A program made the position numbers and the translations under genes. The notes beneath the pieces are model-generated. The model searched no databases, was not told where the DNA came from, and was given only the letters and a program-made list of their open reading frames with translations. 64,000 bases of DNA from Candidatus Metalachnospira gallinarum (GTDB taxonomy: Bacteria; Bacillota; Clostridia; Lachnospirales; Anaerotignaceae): the NCBI GenBank assembly GCA_904387325.1, contig CAJFLG010000007.1:4069-68068 (forward strand), given 5' to 3'. This document shows, piece after piece, positions 20,349 to 29,820 of this stretch (its first letter is position 1; the number at the start of each line of letters is the position of its first letter).

Positions 20349-21290
20349 TTACAGCATACAGAATCCGGCAAGCAGTGAAAATACAAACGGCATTGTAAAC
20401 AGGCAGCCGACGGTAGTCGCCAGAAGCGACGCCACAGCATAATCCGGAGCCGTGTCATATTCCTGCGTAAGTACCGTTATTATAAGCATGGACGGAAGCA
20501 TAGCGAATATGGTCGCCGCCAGAAGCATTTCGTCGGACACAAGACCGGTGAACTTTACTACAAAGAAAAATACTATGGGCACTATTATCAGCTTGATCGG
20601 TATGGTTGTAAATACCTTCGGTTTCTCAAAGAGTTTTTTGAAGCCTCGTCTTCCTATATCGGCTCCTATGTAAAGAAGGCCTACATATTTCTGTGTGCCT
20701 CCTATCCCGGTCAGCGCCTCCCAGACCGTTCCCGACGGCCTTATGCCCGCGAACACGAGTATAAGCCCTATGACAAGACCGATGGATGTGGGGCTTATCA
20801 TTTTTTTGAGACTCACCTGGGCTTTTCCCTTTGACGCCGATAAAATTGCAACGCCCACCGTCCATGTCATTACCGTCTCAACTATGAGGTAGGCCGCCAT
20901 GTAAAGCCCGCTTCTCTCAGGGAAGACGGCCTCAAGTATGGGAAAACCGATAAGCACGCTGTTTATAAACGATACCGAGCATGTATGCGCTCCCAGCTCT
21001 TCCCTTTTAAGCCCAAGCATTTTTCCGCTTAAAAAACCTATGCCTATGGCAAGGAAAAACATAAAGAACATCAGGAATACAAACGGCCATACCTCAAAAA
21101 GCTCTTCCCTTGTTCCGCCATTGGCTATGCTTGTTATAATCAGCAGCGGCACTATTATCTTCATCATAAATTTCTGTATATGATCCACGCTTTCGCTGCT
21201 CAAAAGCCCTGTGCTTGTGGCCGCGAAGCCTATGATAAGAACTGTGGCGAAAAATATGACCTGCTGTAAAACTATTCCCTGAACATTCAT
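20349..21290 (-). CDS. AEC (auxin efflux carrier) family transporter
   Basis: 313 aa with about 10 TM segments and the typical two-halves AEC architecture. GGAGGAAAC RBS present. Confidence 0.8.
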   Translation of the reverse strand: MNVQGIVLQQVIFFATVLIIGFAATSTGLLSSESVDHIQKFMMKIIVPLLIITSIANGGTREELFEVWPFVFLMFFMFFLAIGIGFLSGKMLGLKREELGAHTCSVSFINSVLIGFPILEAVFPERSGLYMAAYLIVETVMTWTVGVAILSASKGKAQVSLKKMISPTSIGLVIGLILVFAGIRPSGTVWEALTGIGGTQKYVGLLYIGADIGRRGFKKLFEKPKVFTTIPIKLIIVPIVFFFVVKFTGLVSDEMLLAATIFAMLPSMLIITVLTQEYDTAPDYAVASLLATTVGCLFTMPFVFSLLAGFCML

Positions 21291-21308
21291 TTTTGTTTCC
21301 TCCGGTGT

Positions 21309-21506
21309 TTAATCTTCTTTTTTGTCAGCTGCGCTGATTATCTTTTTAAAGTTTTTCTCAAACTTTACCCTCGGCAGCATGACCATATGTCCGCAGCCGC
21401 AGCACTTTATCCTGAAATCCATTCCTACCCTCAGTATCTCCCATGAGTCCGAGCCGCAGGGATGCTTCTTTTTCATCTGAACTATATCTCCGACAGAAAA
21501 ATCCAT
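21309..21506 (-). CDS. DUF951 family small protein
   Basis: MDFSVGDIVQMKKKHPCGSDSWEILRVGMDFRIKCCGCGH matches the DUF951 pattern. AGGAGG lies 6 nt before the ATG at 21504-21506. The ATG at 21512 abuts the RBS. Confidence 0.8.
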   Translation of the reverse strand: MDFSVGDIVQMKKKHPCGSDSWEILRVGMDFRIKCCGCGHMVMLPRVKFEKNFKKIISAADKKED

Positions 21507-21517
21507 ATCCATCCTCC

Positions 21518-22312
21518 TCAGCCGTTTATTATGCGCACGGTCCTCTGGGGATATGGTATTGTTATACCCTCGGCGTCAAATCTCTTTTTGATCCTCAGCC
21601 TGAGATCCCTTTCGACCTTATAATTTTCCTTTACCCTGCACTTTACAACTATCCTTATTGTAACGGCCGAATCATCCAGTCCCGTTATGCCAAGGACATT
21701 AGGTTCCTCCAGCATACCGTCGGATTCGGCATAGGCCTTCGCCATCTCGTCTTTCAAAACCTCTATGGCGTTGTCGGCGTCGTCCTCGTAGGATATTCCC
21801 ACGTCTACGACGGCGTTTATAAAGTCCTTGCACTTATTGACCACCGTTGATATTGTTCCGTTCGGCACTATATATACGGTACCGTCAACGTCCCTTAGTC
21901 TTGTTGTCCTCATGGTGACCGACTCCACCGTTCCGGTACAGCCGTTTATTTCCACGATGTCGCCGACATTGAACTGTTCCTCCACAAGGATAAATATGCC
22001 GGCGATAATATCCGAAACGACGTTCTGCGCGCCCAAGCCTATTGCTACGGCCACAGAGCCCGAAACCGCCGCCAGAGAAGCATCGGACACCCCAAGCTGT
22101 GAAAGTATGCTTAAAACGCCTATGAAATAAACAATGAATATGACCACGCTGGTCGTTACCGTTTTAAGCGTTTTGACCTTTCCCTCGCTTTTTATTATCC
22201 CGTTTTTCCCGAATTTGGTCAGCGAAAAAATCTTATCTATTATTTTTCTGCCGAATTTAGCCGCTATATAGCATATCGCGGCCGTTATAAGGCAGTACAG
22301 TATTTTTAGCAT
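21518..22312 (-). CDS. Small-conductance mechanosensitive channel (MscS family)
   Basis: TM region followed by the FNVGDIVEINGCTGTVESVTMRTTRLRDVDGTVYIVPNG beta-domain signature. The ATG at 22310-22312 has GGAGG 7 nt upstream. An alternative start is at 22318. Confidence 0.85.
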   Translation of the reverse strand: MLKILYCLITAAICYIAAKFGRKIIDKIFSLTKFGKNGIIKSEGKVKTLKTVTTSVVIFIVYFIGVLSILSQLGVSDASLAAVSGSVAVAIGLGAQNVVSDIIAGIFILVEEQFNVGDIVEINGCTGTVESVTMRTTRLRDVDGTVYIVPNGTISTVVNKCKDFINAVVDVGISYEDDADNAIEVLKDEMAKAYAESDGMLEEPNVLGITGLDDSAVTIRIVVKCRVKENYKVERDLRLRIKKRFDAEGITIPYPQRTVRIING

Positions 22313-22982
22313 CTCCATACCTCCCCGCGGCCTCAACCAAGGCTCTGAATATTCTCATTTGTTTTTCGTCACCGCAAAGATATTCCGGGTGCCACTGGAC
22401 GCCCAGAACAAATCCGTCCCTTCCCTCTACCGCTTCTGCCCATCCGTCATCGGACATAGCCGATACGTTAAGCCCAGGGCATTCTCCGGCAGCCTGATGG
22501 TGGAAGGAATTGACCGGTATTCTTTCGGTTTTTACTATATCGTAAAGCAAGCTGTTCTTTTTTATATTTACATAATGGGACGTTTCTTGTTTCGGAACGC
22601 TTTGGCCGTGACCTTCTATGTGCTGGATTATATGTCCTCCGAAAGCCGCGGCTATGACCTGCTCTCCCCGGCAGATACCAAGTATCGGTATCCTCTTTTT
22701 TGCGGCGCGCTTCACAAGCTCAAGCTCAAATCTGTCCCTCTCAAGGCATATAAATCCCCGATGTTCCCTGTCCGGCTCATCTCCGCTGAGCGAAGGCTCG
22801 ATGTCTCCTCCGCCGGAAAGAAGTATGCCGTCCGCCCTTTCGGCCAGTTCATCAGCCCTGAAATAGTCCGCCGCCAGCGCCAGCCCTCCGGCCGCCTCCA
22901 CGGCTCTGAAACAGGCCCTCGAGAGCTTAATCTCCTCCAAGTCATCCGTTACCGAGGGCGAAACTATTATTAACGGTCTCAT
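22257..22982 (-). CDS. Class-I glutamine amidotransferase, gamma-glutamyl-GABA hydrolase-like (peptidase C26)
   Basis: 241 aa. ILGICRG nucleophile elbow and GVQWHPE motif. Confidence 0.85.
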   Translation of the reverse strand: MRPLIIVSPSVTDDLEEIKLSRACFRAVEAAGGLALAADYFRADELAERADGILLSGGGDIEPSLSGDEPDREHRGFICLERDRFELELVKRAAKKRIPILGICRGEQVIAAAFGGHIIQHIEGHGQSVPKQETSHYVNIKKNSLLYDIVKTERIPVNSFHHQAAGECPGLNVSAMSDDGWAEAVEGRDGFVLGVQWHPEYLCGDEKQMRIFRALVEAAGRYGDAKNTVLPYNGRDMLYSG

Positions 22983-23171
22983 TTACCTTTCTCCTTATAA
23001 AACGCTTTCTTTAGTATTCTATCATATAAATTTCAGAAATACACTATTTTTTTATCCGCCGTAACGGATGTTTTTAATGATTACAAATCAATTACACCTA
23101 TTTAAAAATCATTTCAAATATGGTAAGATATGCGTTAAGATGTATTTATTTTGACAACTGGGGGTAAATAA

Positions 23172-23867
23172 ATGAATAAAATAGGCATAATAGGCGCCAT
23201 GTCCGAAGAGCTTGCTCTTATAAAAAGCTCTATGAAAGCCGAAAGCTCGTTTAAAAAGGCCGGATATGAGTTTTTTTCCGGAAGCCTCGGAAACAAGGAA
23301 GTTATAGTCGTTCTCTCGGGCATAGGAAAGGTCAACGCCGCCGTCTGCACTCAGATACTTATTGATAAATTCGGCGTTGACGCCGTTATCAATACAGGTG
23401 TCGCAGGATGTCTCGGAGACGGCATAACCATCGGAGACGTTGTAATATCCATCGACGCCCAGCAGCACGATCTGGACTGCTCTCCCTTCGGAGATCCCGT
23501 GGGGACGATACCGAGAATGGACGTAAGCATATTTAAGGCCGATGAAAAACTTATCAAAGCTGCCGTCAAGGCATCCGAAAAGGTCATAAGAGGCAGGACA
23601 TTTACGGGGCGGGTTTTGAGCGGCGATCAGGTAATCGCGGACTCGGAGACAAAAAACAGATTGAAGTCCCTGTTTGGCGGAAGCTGCGCCGAAATGGAAG
23701 GCGCAGCCATAGCTCACGTCTGTCATCTTAACGGCGTGCCGTTTGTGATAATAAGAAACATTTCCGATTCGGCCGATGAAAGCTCGGATATGGATTATCC
23801 TGAGTTTGAAAAGGAAGCGGCCCATAATTCCGGCGCTATAGTAATAGAAATGATGAATCTTTTGTAA
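23172..23867 (+). CDS. mtnN: 5'-methylthioadenosine/S-adenosylhomocysteine nucleosidase
   Basis: 231 aa. IGIIGAMSEE...SGIGKVNAA...VAG...EMEGAA...IRNISD motifs. Confidence 0.9.
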   Translation: MNKIGIIGAMSEELALIKSSMKAESSFKKAGYEFFSGSLGNKEVIVVLSGIGKVNAAVCTQILIDKFGVDAVINTGVAGCLGDGITIGDVVISIDAQQHDLDCSPFGDPVGTIPRMDVSIFKADEKLIKAAVKASEKVIRGRTFTGRVLSGDQVIADSETKNRLKSLFGGSCAEMEGAAIAHVCHLNGVPFVIIRNISDSADESSDMDYPEFEKEAAHNSGAIVIEMMNLL

Positions 23868-23968
23868 TATTGCGGCAGTTTTATGTATTCCGTATTTATA
23901 TTTGCGAAAATTTTTCGTTCGGATTTTTGATATATCTGCTATAATTCAGAAACAAGGAGTGATCTAAT

Positions 23969-24790
23969 ATGAACAATTTAATCGGAGCCCTTATCGTATC
24001 TCTTTCCCTCGGAAGCGCCGTGCCTCCTTCAGAGGCCGTCGATCCCAACGACTATCTTCCAAGCATAGAGGAGGACGGAAGCATAGTGATTGGCCCCACG
24101 GAAGCTGAGAAGGCCGCCGAGGAGGAGCGTCTCCGCCTTGAGGAAGAAGCCAGAAAGGCCGAGGAGGAAAGAAAAAGGCAGGAAGAGATGGCTAAAGATC
24201 CCGCCAATCTCAATTATGAATACGATATAGCCTCCTACATAACCTATTACAGCCAGCGAGCCAGCGATGCCAACAGGAACTTCAATATGCAGCTTGCCTG
24301 CGACGCAATAAACGGCGAGATAATCGTTCCCGGAGAGGAATTTTCCTATAACGACACCGTTCTCAGCAAGAGGGATCCCAATAACGATTATAAGCCTGCC
24401 GGCGTAATCAGCGGCGGAAAAATGGTAAACGCCATAGGCGGAGGCATCTGCCAGGTTTCAACCACCCTCTTTGACGCGGCTCTCTATTCCGGAATGACGA
24501 TCACGGACAGAAGGAACCATTCCCTCAGAGTAGGCTATGTTCCCGCCGGAATGGACGCGACCTGTTCATGGGGAACAATAGATTTCTGTTTCAGAAACGA
24601 CCTCCCAATGCCAGTTAAGATCGAGGCTGTAATGAACAACGGCACAATGAAGATCCGTTTCCTCGCTCCGGAAGATCCCCAGCTTGGCGATATCAAGCTG
24701 AACGTGACATATTCCAACGGAGTATACACCCTCACCAGATCCAGAAACGGAGTTGTGGACTATACAACGACCAGCGTATACAGGGGCTGA
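23969..24790 (+). CDS. VanW family protein
   Basis: 273 aa. N-terminal signal/anchor, a charged E/K/R coil, then VanW-domain motifs (PGEEFSYNDTV...GGGICQVSTTLFDAA...R.NHS). Confidence 0.85.
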   Translation: MNNLIGALIVSLSLGSAVPPSEAVDPNDYLPSIEEDGSIVIGPTEAEKAAEEERLRLEEEARKAEEERKRQEEMAKDPANLNYEYDIASYITYYSQRASDANRNFNMQLACDAINGEIIVPGEEFSYNDTVLSKRDPNNDYKPAGVISGGKMVNAIGGGICQVSTTLFDAALYSGMTITDRRNHSLRVGYVPAGMDATCSWGTIDFCFRNDLPMPVKIEAVMNNGTMKIRFLAPEDPQLGDIKLNVTYSNGVYTLTRSRNGVVDYTTTSVYRG

Positions 24791-24807
24791 AAAGTAAATA
24801 AAATATA

Positions 24808-24858
24808 AAAAGGCGGCGGCTCAGAATCGGAATTTCCCATTGAGCGCGCCGTCTTTTT
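24808..24858. terminator. Bidirectional terminator between convergent genes
   Basis: AAAAGGCGGCGGCTCA ... TGAGCGCGCCGTCTTTTTT imperfect long hairpin with A/T runs on both sides. Confidence 0.5.
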
Positions 24859-25790
24859 TATATTATCCTGTTTTTAAGTTCTTTTCCTTCGGCCAAAGCC
24901 TTAAGATTGTCATATACAAGCTCATATACTCTTTTGTTCATATAGTTTGAGCCTGAGCATATATGGGGAGAAATAAGCAGATTATCCAGCTTCCAGAGCC
25001 TGCTGTCCTCCGGCAGGGGCTCTTTTTCAAACACGTCGAGAGCCGCTCCGAGAATCGATCCGTTCTCAAGCACGTCGGCCAGAGCTTCCGTGTCAACGCT
25101 AAGTCCCCTTCCGATGTTGATGAGCACGCTCTTTTTATGCATTTTTTCAAGAATATCTCTGTTTATTATATACTTTGAGCCGTCGTTGAGCGGAAGGGCG
25201 ACAATTATAACGTCAAGTTCACCGGCCATATCTTCAAACTCTCCGATTTTATGGATGCTGTCAAAATACTCCGCTTCTTTTCCGCTTCTGTTAAAGCCTA
25301 TGGTCACGGCGTCAAACGCCTTGAGCCTTTTGGCGATCTGAACTCCTATACTGCCCGTGCCGAGTATTCCGATTTTTTTATCCGTAATCTCCTGGAGCCT
25401 GAATTCTCTCTGCCACAGTCCTTCCCTCTGCTGCTTATAATACAGAGGCGCTTTTTTATATATTTCCAGCAGTCTCATTACGGCGAACTCGGATATCGGA
25501 ACGCTGTATACGTCCCTCGCGTTGCAGAACATAACTCCATTTTGTCTGAGTTTTTCCAGCGGTATCGTCTCATATCCCGCGGAAGTGGCCTGAAACAGTC
25601 TCAGATTAGTGAATTTATCGGGATCGCTGCCCTTGAACGGGTCAAGCCCGACAAGAACGTCGCAGCCATACTCTTCTGCTGTAAATTCCTCCGTCTCGGC
25701 TCCGTGATCTATTATCTCATAGCCAATCGACTGTATTTTTTCTCTTATGTCGTCATGAAACTTCTGAGCCTTTGTCAATACGACCTTCAT
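24858..25790 (-). CDS. D-isomer-specific 2-hydroxyacid dehydrogenase (NAD-binding)
   Basis: GILGTGSIG Rossmann motif, NIGRG and ...PH catalytic motifs. GGAGGG lies 6 nt before the ATG at 25788-25790. Confidence 0.85.
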   Translation of the reverse strand: MKVVLTKAQKFHDDIREKIQSIGYEIIDHGAETEEFTAEEYGCDVLVGLDPFKGSDPDKFTNLRLFQATSAGYETIPLEKLRQNGVMFCNARDVYSVPISEFAVMRLLEIYKKAPLYYKQQREGLWQREFRLQEITDKKIGILGTGSIGVQIAKRLKAFDAVTIGFNRSGKEAEYFDSIHKIGEFEDMAGELDVIIVALPLNDGSKYIINRDILEKMHKKSVLINIGRGLSVDTEALADVLENGSILGAALDVFEKEPLPEDSRLWKLDNLLISPHICSGSNYMNKRVYELVYDNLKALAEGKELKNRII

Positions 25791-25809
25791 ATTTTCCCTC
25801 CGGTACATA

Positions 25810-27036
25810 TCAATCGTGCTGTTTAATTACTCCATCGGCGATCAATTTTGCGATCTCGTCATCGCTGTATCCAAGCTCTTTGACTATCTGCGCCGAATGT
25901 TCTCCAAGAAGAGGAGCATGATCCGTGTCGGGGGACTGATTATTGTCAAACTGAACGGGCGTTGTGGGAAGCATAAATGATCTTCCGCTCTTCATTTTAA
26001 ATTCCTTGACGAAATTATTTGCGATCGCCTGCTCGTCTGTGGCGATATCTTTCCACTGGAGCGTCCTCTCAAAGGCGATGTCAGCCTCCGTGAGTTTCTG
26101 AGCCCAGTATTCCCTGTCATGGAGCTTGAACTGTTCCTCAATCCTTCTGCAGCAGTGCTCAAGTATTTTGGGATCCGACGTAACAGCCTTGATCGTTCTG
26201 TAGTTGGGATCGTTTTTGATGTCATCCAGTCCGAATATGTCGCAGAATACATCCCAGTATCTTTCAAACGCGAGGACGGTGAGTGTTATCCATTTTCCGT
26301 CGCTGCATCTGTATGAGTTGATAAGGGGGTTAGCGGGTTCATAACGCGACTGGGGATATTTTACTCCGAACTGCGTTCCAATTATCATAAGGGAGTTTGC
26401 CCAGATAGACGTTCCATAAAGGGAAACAACGATCTTTTCGCCGATGCCCGTATTTTTTGCCTTGAGTATTCCGGCCAGAACTCCGGAAGCGAGGGCAAGA
26501 CCAGTAGTATGGTCTCCCGTTGCCAAAGGCGCCGTTGCGGGAGCGTTTTCATCGGGAGACATATCAATAAGCGCGCCGCCCTTAGCCCAGAACGCGACTA
26601 CGTCGTAACCGGGTCTGGGAGCGTCTTTTCCATATAAGCCGTATCCGGAAATAACACCGACAACGAGCTTGGGATATTTTTTATGGAGCGTCTCATAGTC
26701 AAGACCAAGTTTCTTAAGAGATCCGGCTCTTACGTTTGAGACAAAGGCGTCGGCCTCTGAAAGGAGCTTCTGCATTATCTCCATACCTTTTTCGGTCTTA
26801 AGATCTATGGAAATATCCCTCTTGTTTCCGTTCTCATATTCCCAGACGGGGTTTTCGTCCTCCGTATAGGGCGTATCCGCGAGGTTGACGCCGAATCCTC
26901 TCATAGGATCTCCGGAAAGCCCTTCGACCTTTATAACGTCCGCTCCCCAGTCGGCAAGCAGCCTTACCGATACCGGAGCGGCGGCATATGTCGTAAAGTC
27001 AATGATCTTTATTCCTTTTAATAAATCTCCCTGCAT
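25810..27036 (-). CDS. Family III CoA-transferase (CaiB/BaiF/FldA-HadA type)
   Basis: 408 aa. GIKIIDFTTYAAAPVSVRLLADWGADVIKVE N-terminus and a conserved Asp region (TGD). AGGAGG RBS present. Confidence 0.85.
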   Translation of the reverse strand: MQGDLLKGIKIIDFTTYAAAPVSVRLLADWGADVIKVEGLSGDPMRGFGVNLADTPYTEDENPVWEYENGNKRDISIDLKTEKGMEIMQKLLSEADAFVSNVRAGSLKKLGLDYETLHKKYPKLVVGVISGYGLYGKDAPRPGYDVVAFWAKGGALIDMSPDENAPATAPLATGDHTTGLALASGVLAGILKAKNTGIGEKIVVSLYGTSIWANSLMIIGTQFGVKYPQSRYEPANPLINSYRCSDGKWITLTVLAFERYWDVFCDIFGLDDIKNDPNYRTIKAVTSDPKILEHCCRRIEEQFKLHDREYWAQKLTEADIAFERTLQWKDIATDEQAIANNFVKEFKMKSGRSFMLPTTPVQFDNNQSPDTDHAPLLGEHSAQIVKELGYSDDEIAKLIADGVIKQHD

Positions 27037-27064
27037 TTATTTTCCTCCTTACAGCTTATTGTTT

Positions 27065-28330
27065 TTATCCCTTTGTCTTTTTCACCATTATATCAAAGAG
27101 TTCCGAAACCTTTACGGTCTCCTCCTCTCCGTTTTCCATATTCTTGAGCTTCGCCTCGTCGTTATCTATCTCGTTGTCCCCGAGTATGACGGAATAAGCC
27201 GCTCCGATCTTGTTTGCGTATTTCATCTGAGCCTTGACGCTTCTACCTACGCTGTCGCCCTCGGCTTTTATTCCCGCCGAACGCAGGCGGTAGGCCAGAG
27301 CCTGTCCCTTTATAAGGCCCTTATTGCCGATCGCTCCGATGTATATGTCTCTTTCCGGCTTTTTCTCGAAGCTGCCGTTCTGAGCCTCCAGCACAAGAAG
27401 CAGCCTTTCTATTCCCACGGCGAATCCGGCCGCTCCCGCGGGCTGTCCTCCGCATTCGGCGATAAGATTGTCATATCTTCCTCCGCCGCACACCGTTCCC
27501 TGTGCTCCTATGCCGTTGGACACAAACTCGAATACCGTCCTTGTATAATAATCAAGACCTCTTACGATCTTGTCGTCCACCTCGTATTTTATACCCATCT
27601 CGTCAAGTATCGCCTTGACCGTCTCAAAATGCTCTCTGCATTCGGGGCCGAGATAATCAAGCACGACGGGAGCGTCTGCTATTATTTTCTGGCATTTTTC
27701 TTCCTTGCAGTCCAGCACCCTGAGAGGGTTCTTCTCAAATCTGGATTTACAGTCATCGCACATCCTGTCAATGTTGCCGCCGATGTACTCCCTGAGAGCC
27801 TTGTTATATTTCTGCCTGCACTCCGGCCCTCCGAGACTGTTTATTTTAAGCGCCACGTCATTTATTCCGAGTCTTTTCAAAAGCTCGGCGGCCACGGAAA
27901 TGACCTCAGCGTCAAGGGCGGGGCTGTATGATCCCAGCATTTCCACGCCAAACTGGTGGAACTGTCTCTGTCTGCCCTTCTGCGTATTTTCATATCTGAA
28001 CATGGGTCCTATATAATAATATCTCGTGGGCTGAGGATTGTTGTATATTCCGTGCTCTATGTAGCTTCTGGCTGCTCCGGCTGTTCCCTCGGGTCTTAAT
28101 GTTACGCTTCTGTCTCCCTTGTCCTTAAACGTGTACATTTCCTTCTGGACAATGTCCGTCGTCTCGCCGACGCCTCTTAAAAACAGCTCCGTATGCTCGA
28201 ACATGGGTGTTCTCAACTCTCCTATGCCGAAGTCGTCGCATATGCCGCGCATAACGGCCTCCACCCTCTGCCATTCGTCCATATACGCACCGTAAATATC
28301 CTTGGTTCCCTTAGGCGCTTCTGTAAGCAT
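27065..28330 (-). CDS. hisS: Histidine--tRNA ligase
   Basis: PKGTKD, class-II motifs (FRYENTQKGRQRQFHQ, GGGRYD) and an anticodon-binding C-terminus. GGGAGG lies before the ATG at 28328-28330. Confidence 0.95.
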   Translation of the reverse strand: MLTEAPKGTKDIYGAYMDEWQRVEAVMRGICDDFGIGELRTPMFEHTELFLRGVGETTDIVQKEMYTFKDKGDRSVTLRPEGTAGAARSYIEHGIYNNPQPTRYYYIGPMFRYENTQKGRQRQFHQFGVEMLGSYSPALDAEVISVAAELLKRLGINDVALKINSLGGPECRQKYNKALREYIGGNIDRMCDDCKSRFEKNPLRVLDCKEEKCQKIIADAPVVLDYLGPECREHFETVKAILDEMGIKYEVDDKIVRGLDYYTRTVFEFVSNGIGAQGTVCGGGRYDNLIAECGGQPAGAAGFAVGIERLLLVLEAQNGSFEKKPERDIYIGAIGNKGLIKGQALAYRLRSAGIKAEGDSVGRSVKAQMKYANKIGAAYSVILGDNEIDNDEAKLKNMENGEEETVKVSELFDIMVKKTKG

Positions 28331-28348
28331 TTCTTTTCCTCCCGTCAA

Positions 28349-29770
28349 TTACATTCCTTTTCTTTTTCTGTCTATCATCTCATCGATACGGGCGATATAC
28401 TCGTCCACGTTTTTTACGTTGAATATCCTGTCTATACGTCCGCTCACCGGGTCACAGAGCTTTGTGGACGCTCCCGCTCCGGCGGCGAATATCGTCTGTG
28501 TCTCTTCCATTATAACCACATTGTAGAAGCTTTCAAAGCCTTTTTTCGCGTATCCCACATTTTCAAAGCTGCCGAGCATATTTTTCTGCCTGTACATGTA
28601 ATACGGATGAAGGCCCATATTCCTTGCTCCGAATGAAGAAATGTCTATCATTTTCTCCATAAGCACGGCCTTTGTAAGATCGTAGTCCCCAAGGTTTTCT
28701 CTGAGTCTTGACGCGCGCTTGACAGCCAGAGTATGTACCGTCAGATTTTCCGGCGCCAGCTCGGCTATGTCCTCCATGGTCTTTGTTACCTCCGCCTCGC
28801 CCTCCTCCGGAAGGCCGAGGATAAGATCCATATTTATATTCTCATGTCCGGTTTCTCTTGCCTGATAGTATACCCTTCGTATATCCTCCACAGTATGAGC
28901 CCTGCCTATGAGTCTCAGTGTCTTTTCGTTCATTGTCTGGGGATTTATGGATATCCTTCCGGCTCCGCCGTCCTTTATCGCCTTCAGCTTATCCGGCGTT
29001 ATCGTGTCAGGCCTTCCCGCCTCCACGGTATATTCCATAAGAGCCGACAGATCGAATATGTCTCCGACTGCTCCCATAAGCCTTTTAAGCTGTTCCGCGC
29101 TCAGGGATGTGGGCGTTCCTCCTCCGATATATATGGAATCCAGGTGCTTTCCATCGGCCTTTTCTCCCAGAAATCTCAATTCTTTTATGAGCGCGTCCAG
29201 ATAAGCGTCCACTCTGTCCCTGTATTTATCCAGCGGATATGACGTAAACGAGCAATATAGGCACCTTGTAGGGCAGAACGGTATGCCGACATAAAGACTG
29301 ACTCCGTTTGGATGAGCCTTTTTTAGTATATTCCTTTCCGCCAGAGCGACCTCTACCGCCAGATCAGCCTTTTCGCGCGACGCCTCATAAAGTCTTGTGA
29401 GCTTTTCGGCGCTTTCCTCCGGAGTCAGACCCTCGTCCATATAGGCGTTGGCCTTTTTAGCCGGCCTTATTCCAGTCATCATTCCCCATGGCGGTATGTA
29501 TGAGCTTCTTTTTTTTAGCATATTATAAACGGCGGCCTTGAGCGCGTAGCCCTCGCCTTCCTCGTTTACTTCCGCCGTTTCCGAGCACACCGGCGCTCCG
29601 TTTTCATAAAGCTCAGCGACGGCGCGATCCCCGTTAAGAAAACTCCTTACGGTTATTCCTTCGTCCTGTATGCCGTCCACCGGTTTGTATTTTTCATTGG
29701 GCATGAATATCTGAACCGCAGTCTGCACGTCGTTCATCCTGTCATGCCCGTCCATGTAAATGTATATCAT
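28349..29770 (-). CDS. hemZ: Radical-SAM coproporphyrinogen dehydrogenase-like protein (HemZ/HemN-like)
   Basis: 473 aa. GIPFCPTRCLYCSF is a CxxxCxxC radical-SAM motif and GGGTP is also present. The position upstream of hisS is typical for clostridial hemZ. Confidence 0.8.
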   Translation of the reverse strand: MIYIYMDGHDRMNDVQTAVQIFMPNEKYKPVDGIQDEGITVRSFLNGDRAVAELYENGAPVCSETAEVNEEGEGYALKAAVYNMLKKRSSYIPPWGMMTGIRPAKKANAYMDEGLTPEESAEKLTRLYEASREKADLAVEVALAERNILKKAHPNGVSLYVGIPFCPTRCLYCSFTSYPLDKYRDRVDAYLDALIKELRFLGEKADGKHLDSIYIGGGTPTSLSAEQLKRLMGAVGDIFDLSALMEYTVEAGRPDTITPDKLKAIKDGGAGRISINPQTMNEKTLRLIGRAHTVEDIRRVYYQARETGHENINMDLILGLPEEGEAEVTKTMEDIAELAPENLTVHTLAVKRASRLRENLGDYDLTKAVLMEKMIDISSFGARNMGLHPYYMYRQKNMLGSFENVGYAKKGFESFYNVVIMEETQTIFAAGAGASTKLCDPVSGRIDRIFNVKNVDEYIARIDEMIDRKRKGM

Positions 29771-29784
29771 AATTTTACCTCATA

Positions 29785-29810
29785 AAAAAGGGAACTTTTT
29801 GTTCCCTTTT
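29785..29810 (-). terminator. Rho-independent terminator after dtd, flush against the hemZ RBS
   Basis: Minus strand: GGGAAC-AAAAA-GTTCCC-TTTTTTAT. 10 nt after the dtd stop. The hemZ ATG is 15 nt further on. Confidence 0.55.
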
Positions 29811-29820
29811 CAGCAAAATA

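Noticed and set aside
23109-23825. Long antisense ORFs in the track. Examples are 23109-23825(-) opposite mtnN, 26885-27931(+) opposite the CoA-transferase and hisS, and 31480-32475(+) opposite relA. Further examples are 43276-44013(+) opposite the enoate reductase, and 58657-59256(+) and 59759-60628(+) opposite accD and accC.
   Set aside because: Each lies fully inside a gene on the other strand that has clear family motifs and an RBS. Their translations are low-complexity, rich in Ser, Leu, Arg, Phe and Tyr, and show no motifs. These are shadow ORFs.
29771-29820. T-box leader for hisS, and PyrR-type attenuator for the pyr operon (16369-16493).
   Set aside because: The available non-coding DNA is too short for a T-box: 50 nt here, and 0 nt directly before hisS. 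I found no specifier-loop or T-box sequence. The pyr leader shows only a promoter-like element and no PyrR-binding hairpin that I could recognise.
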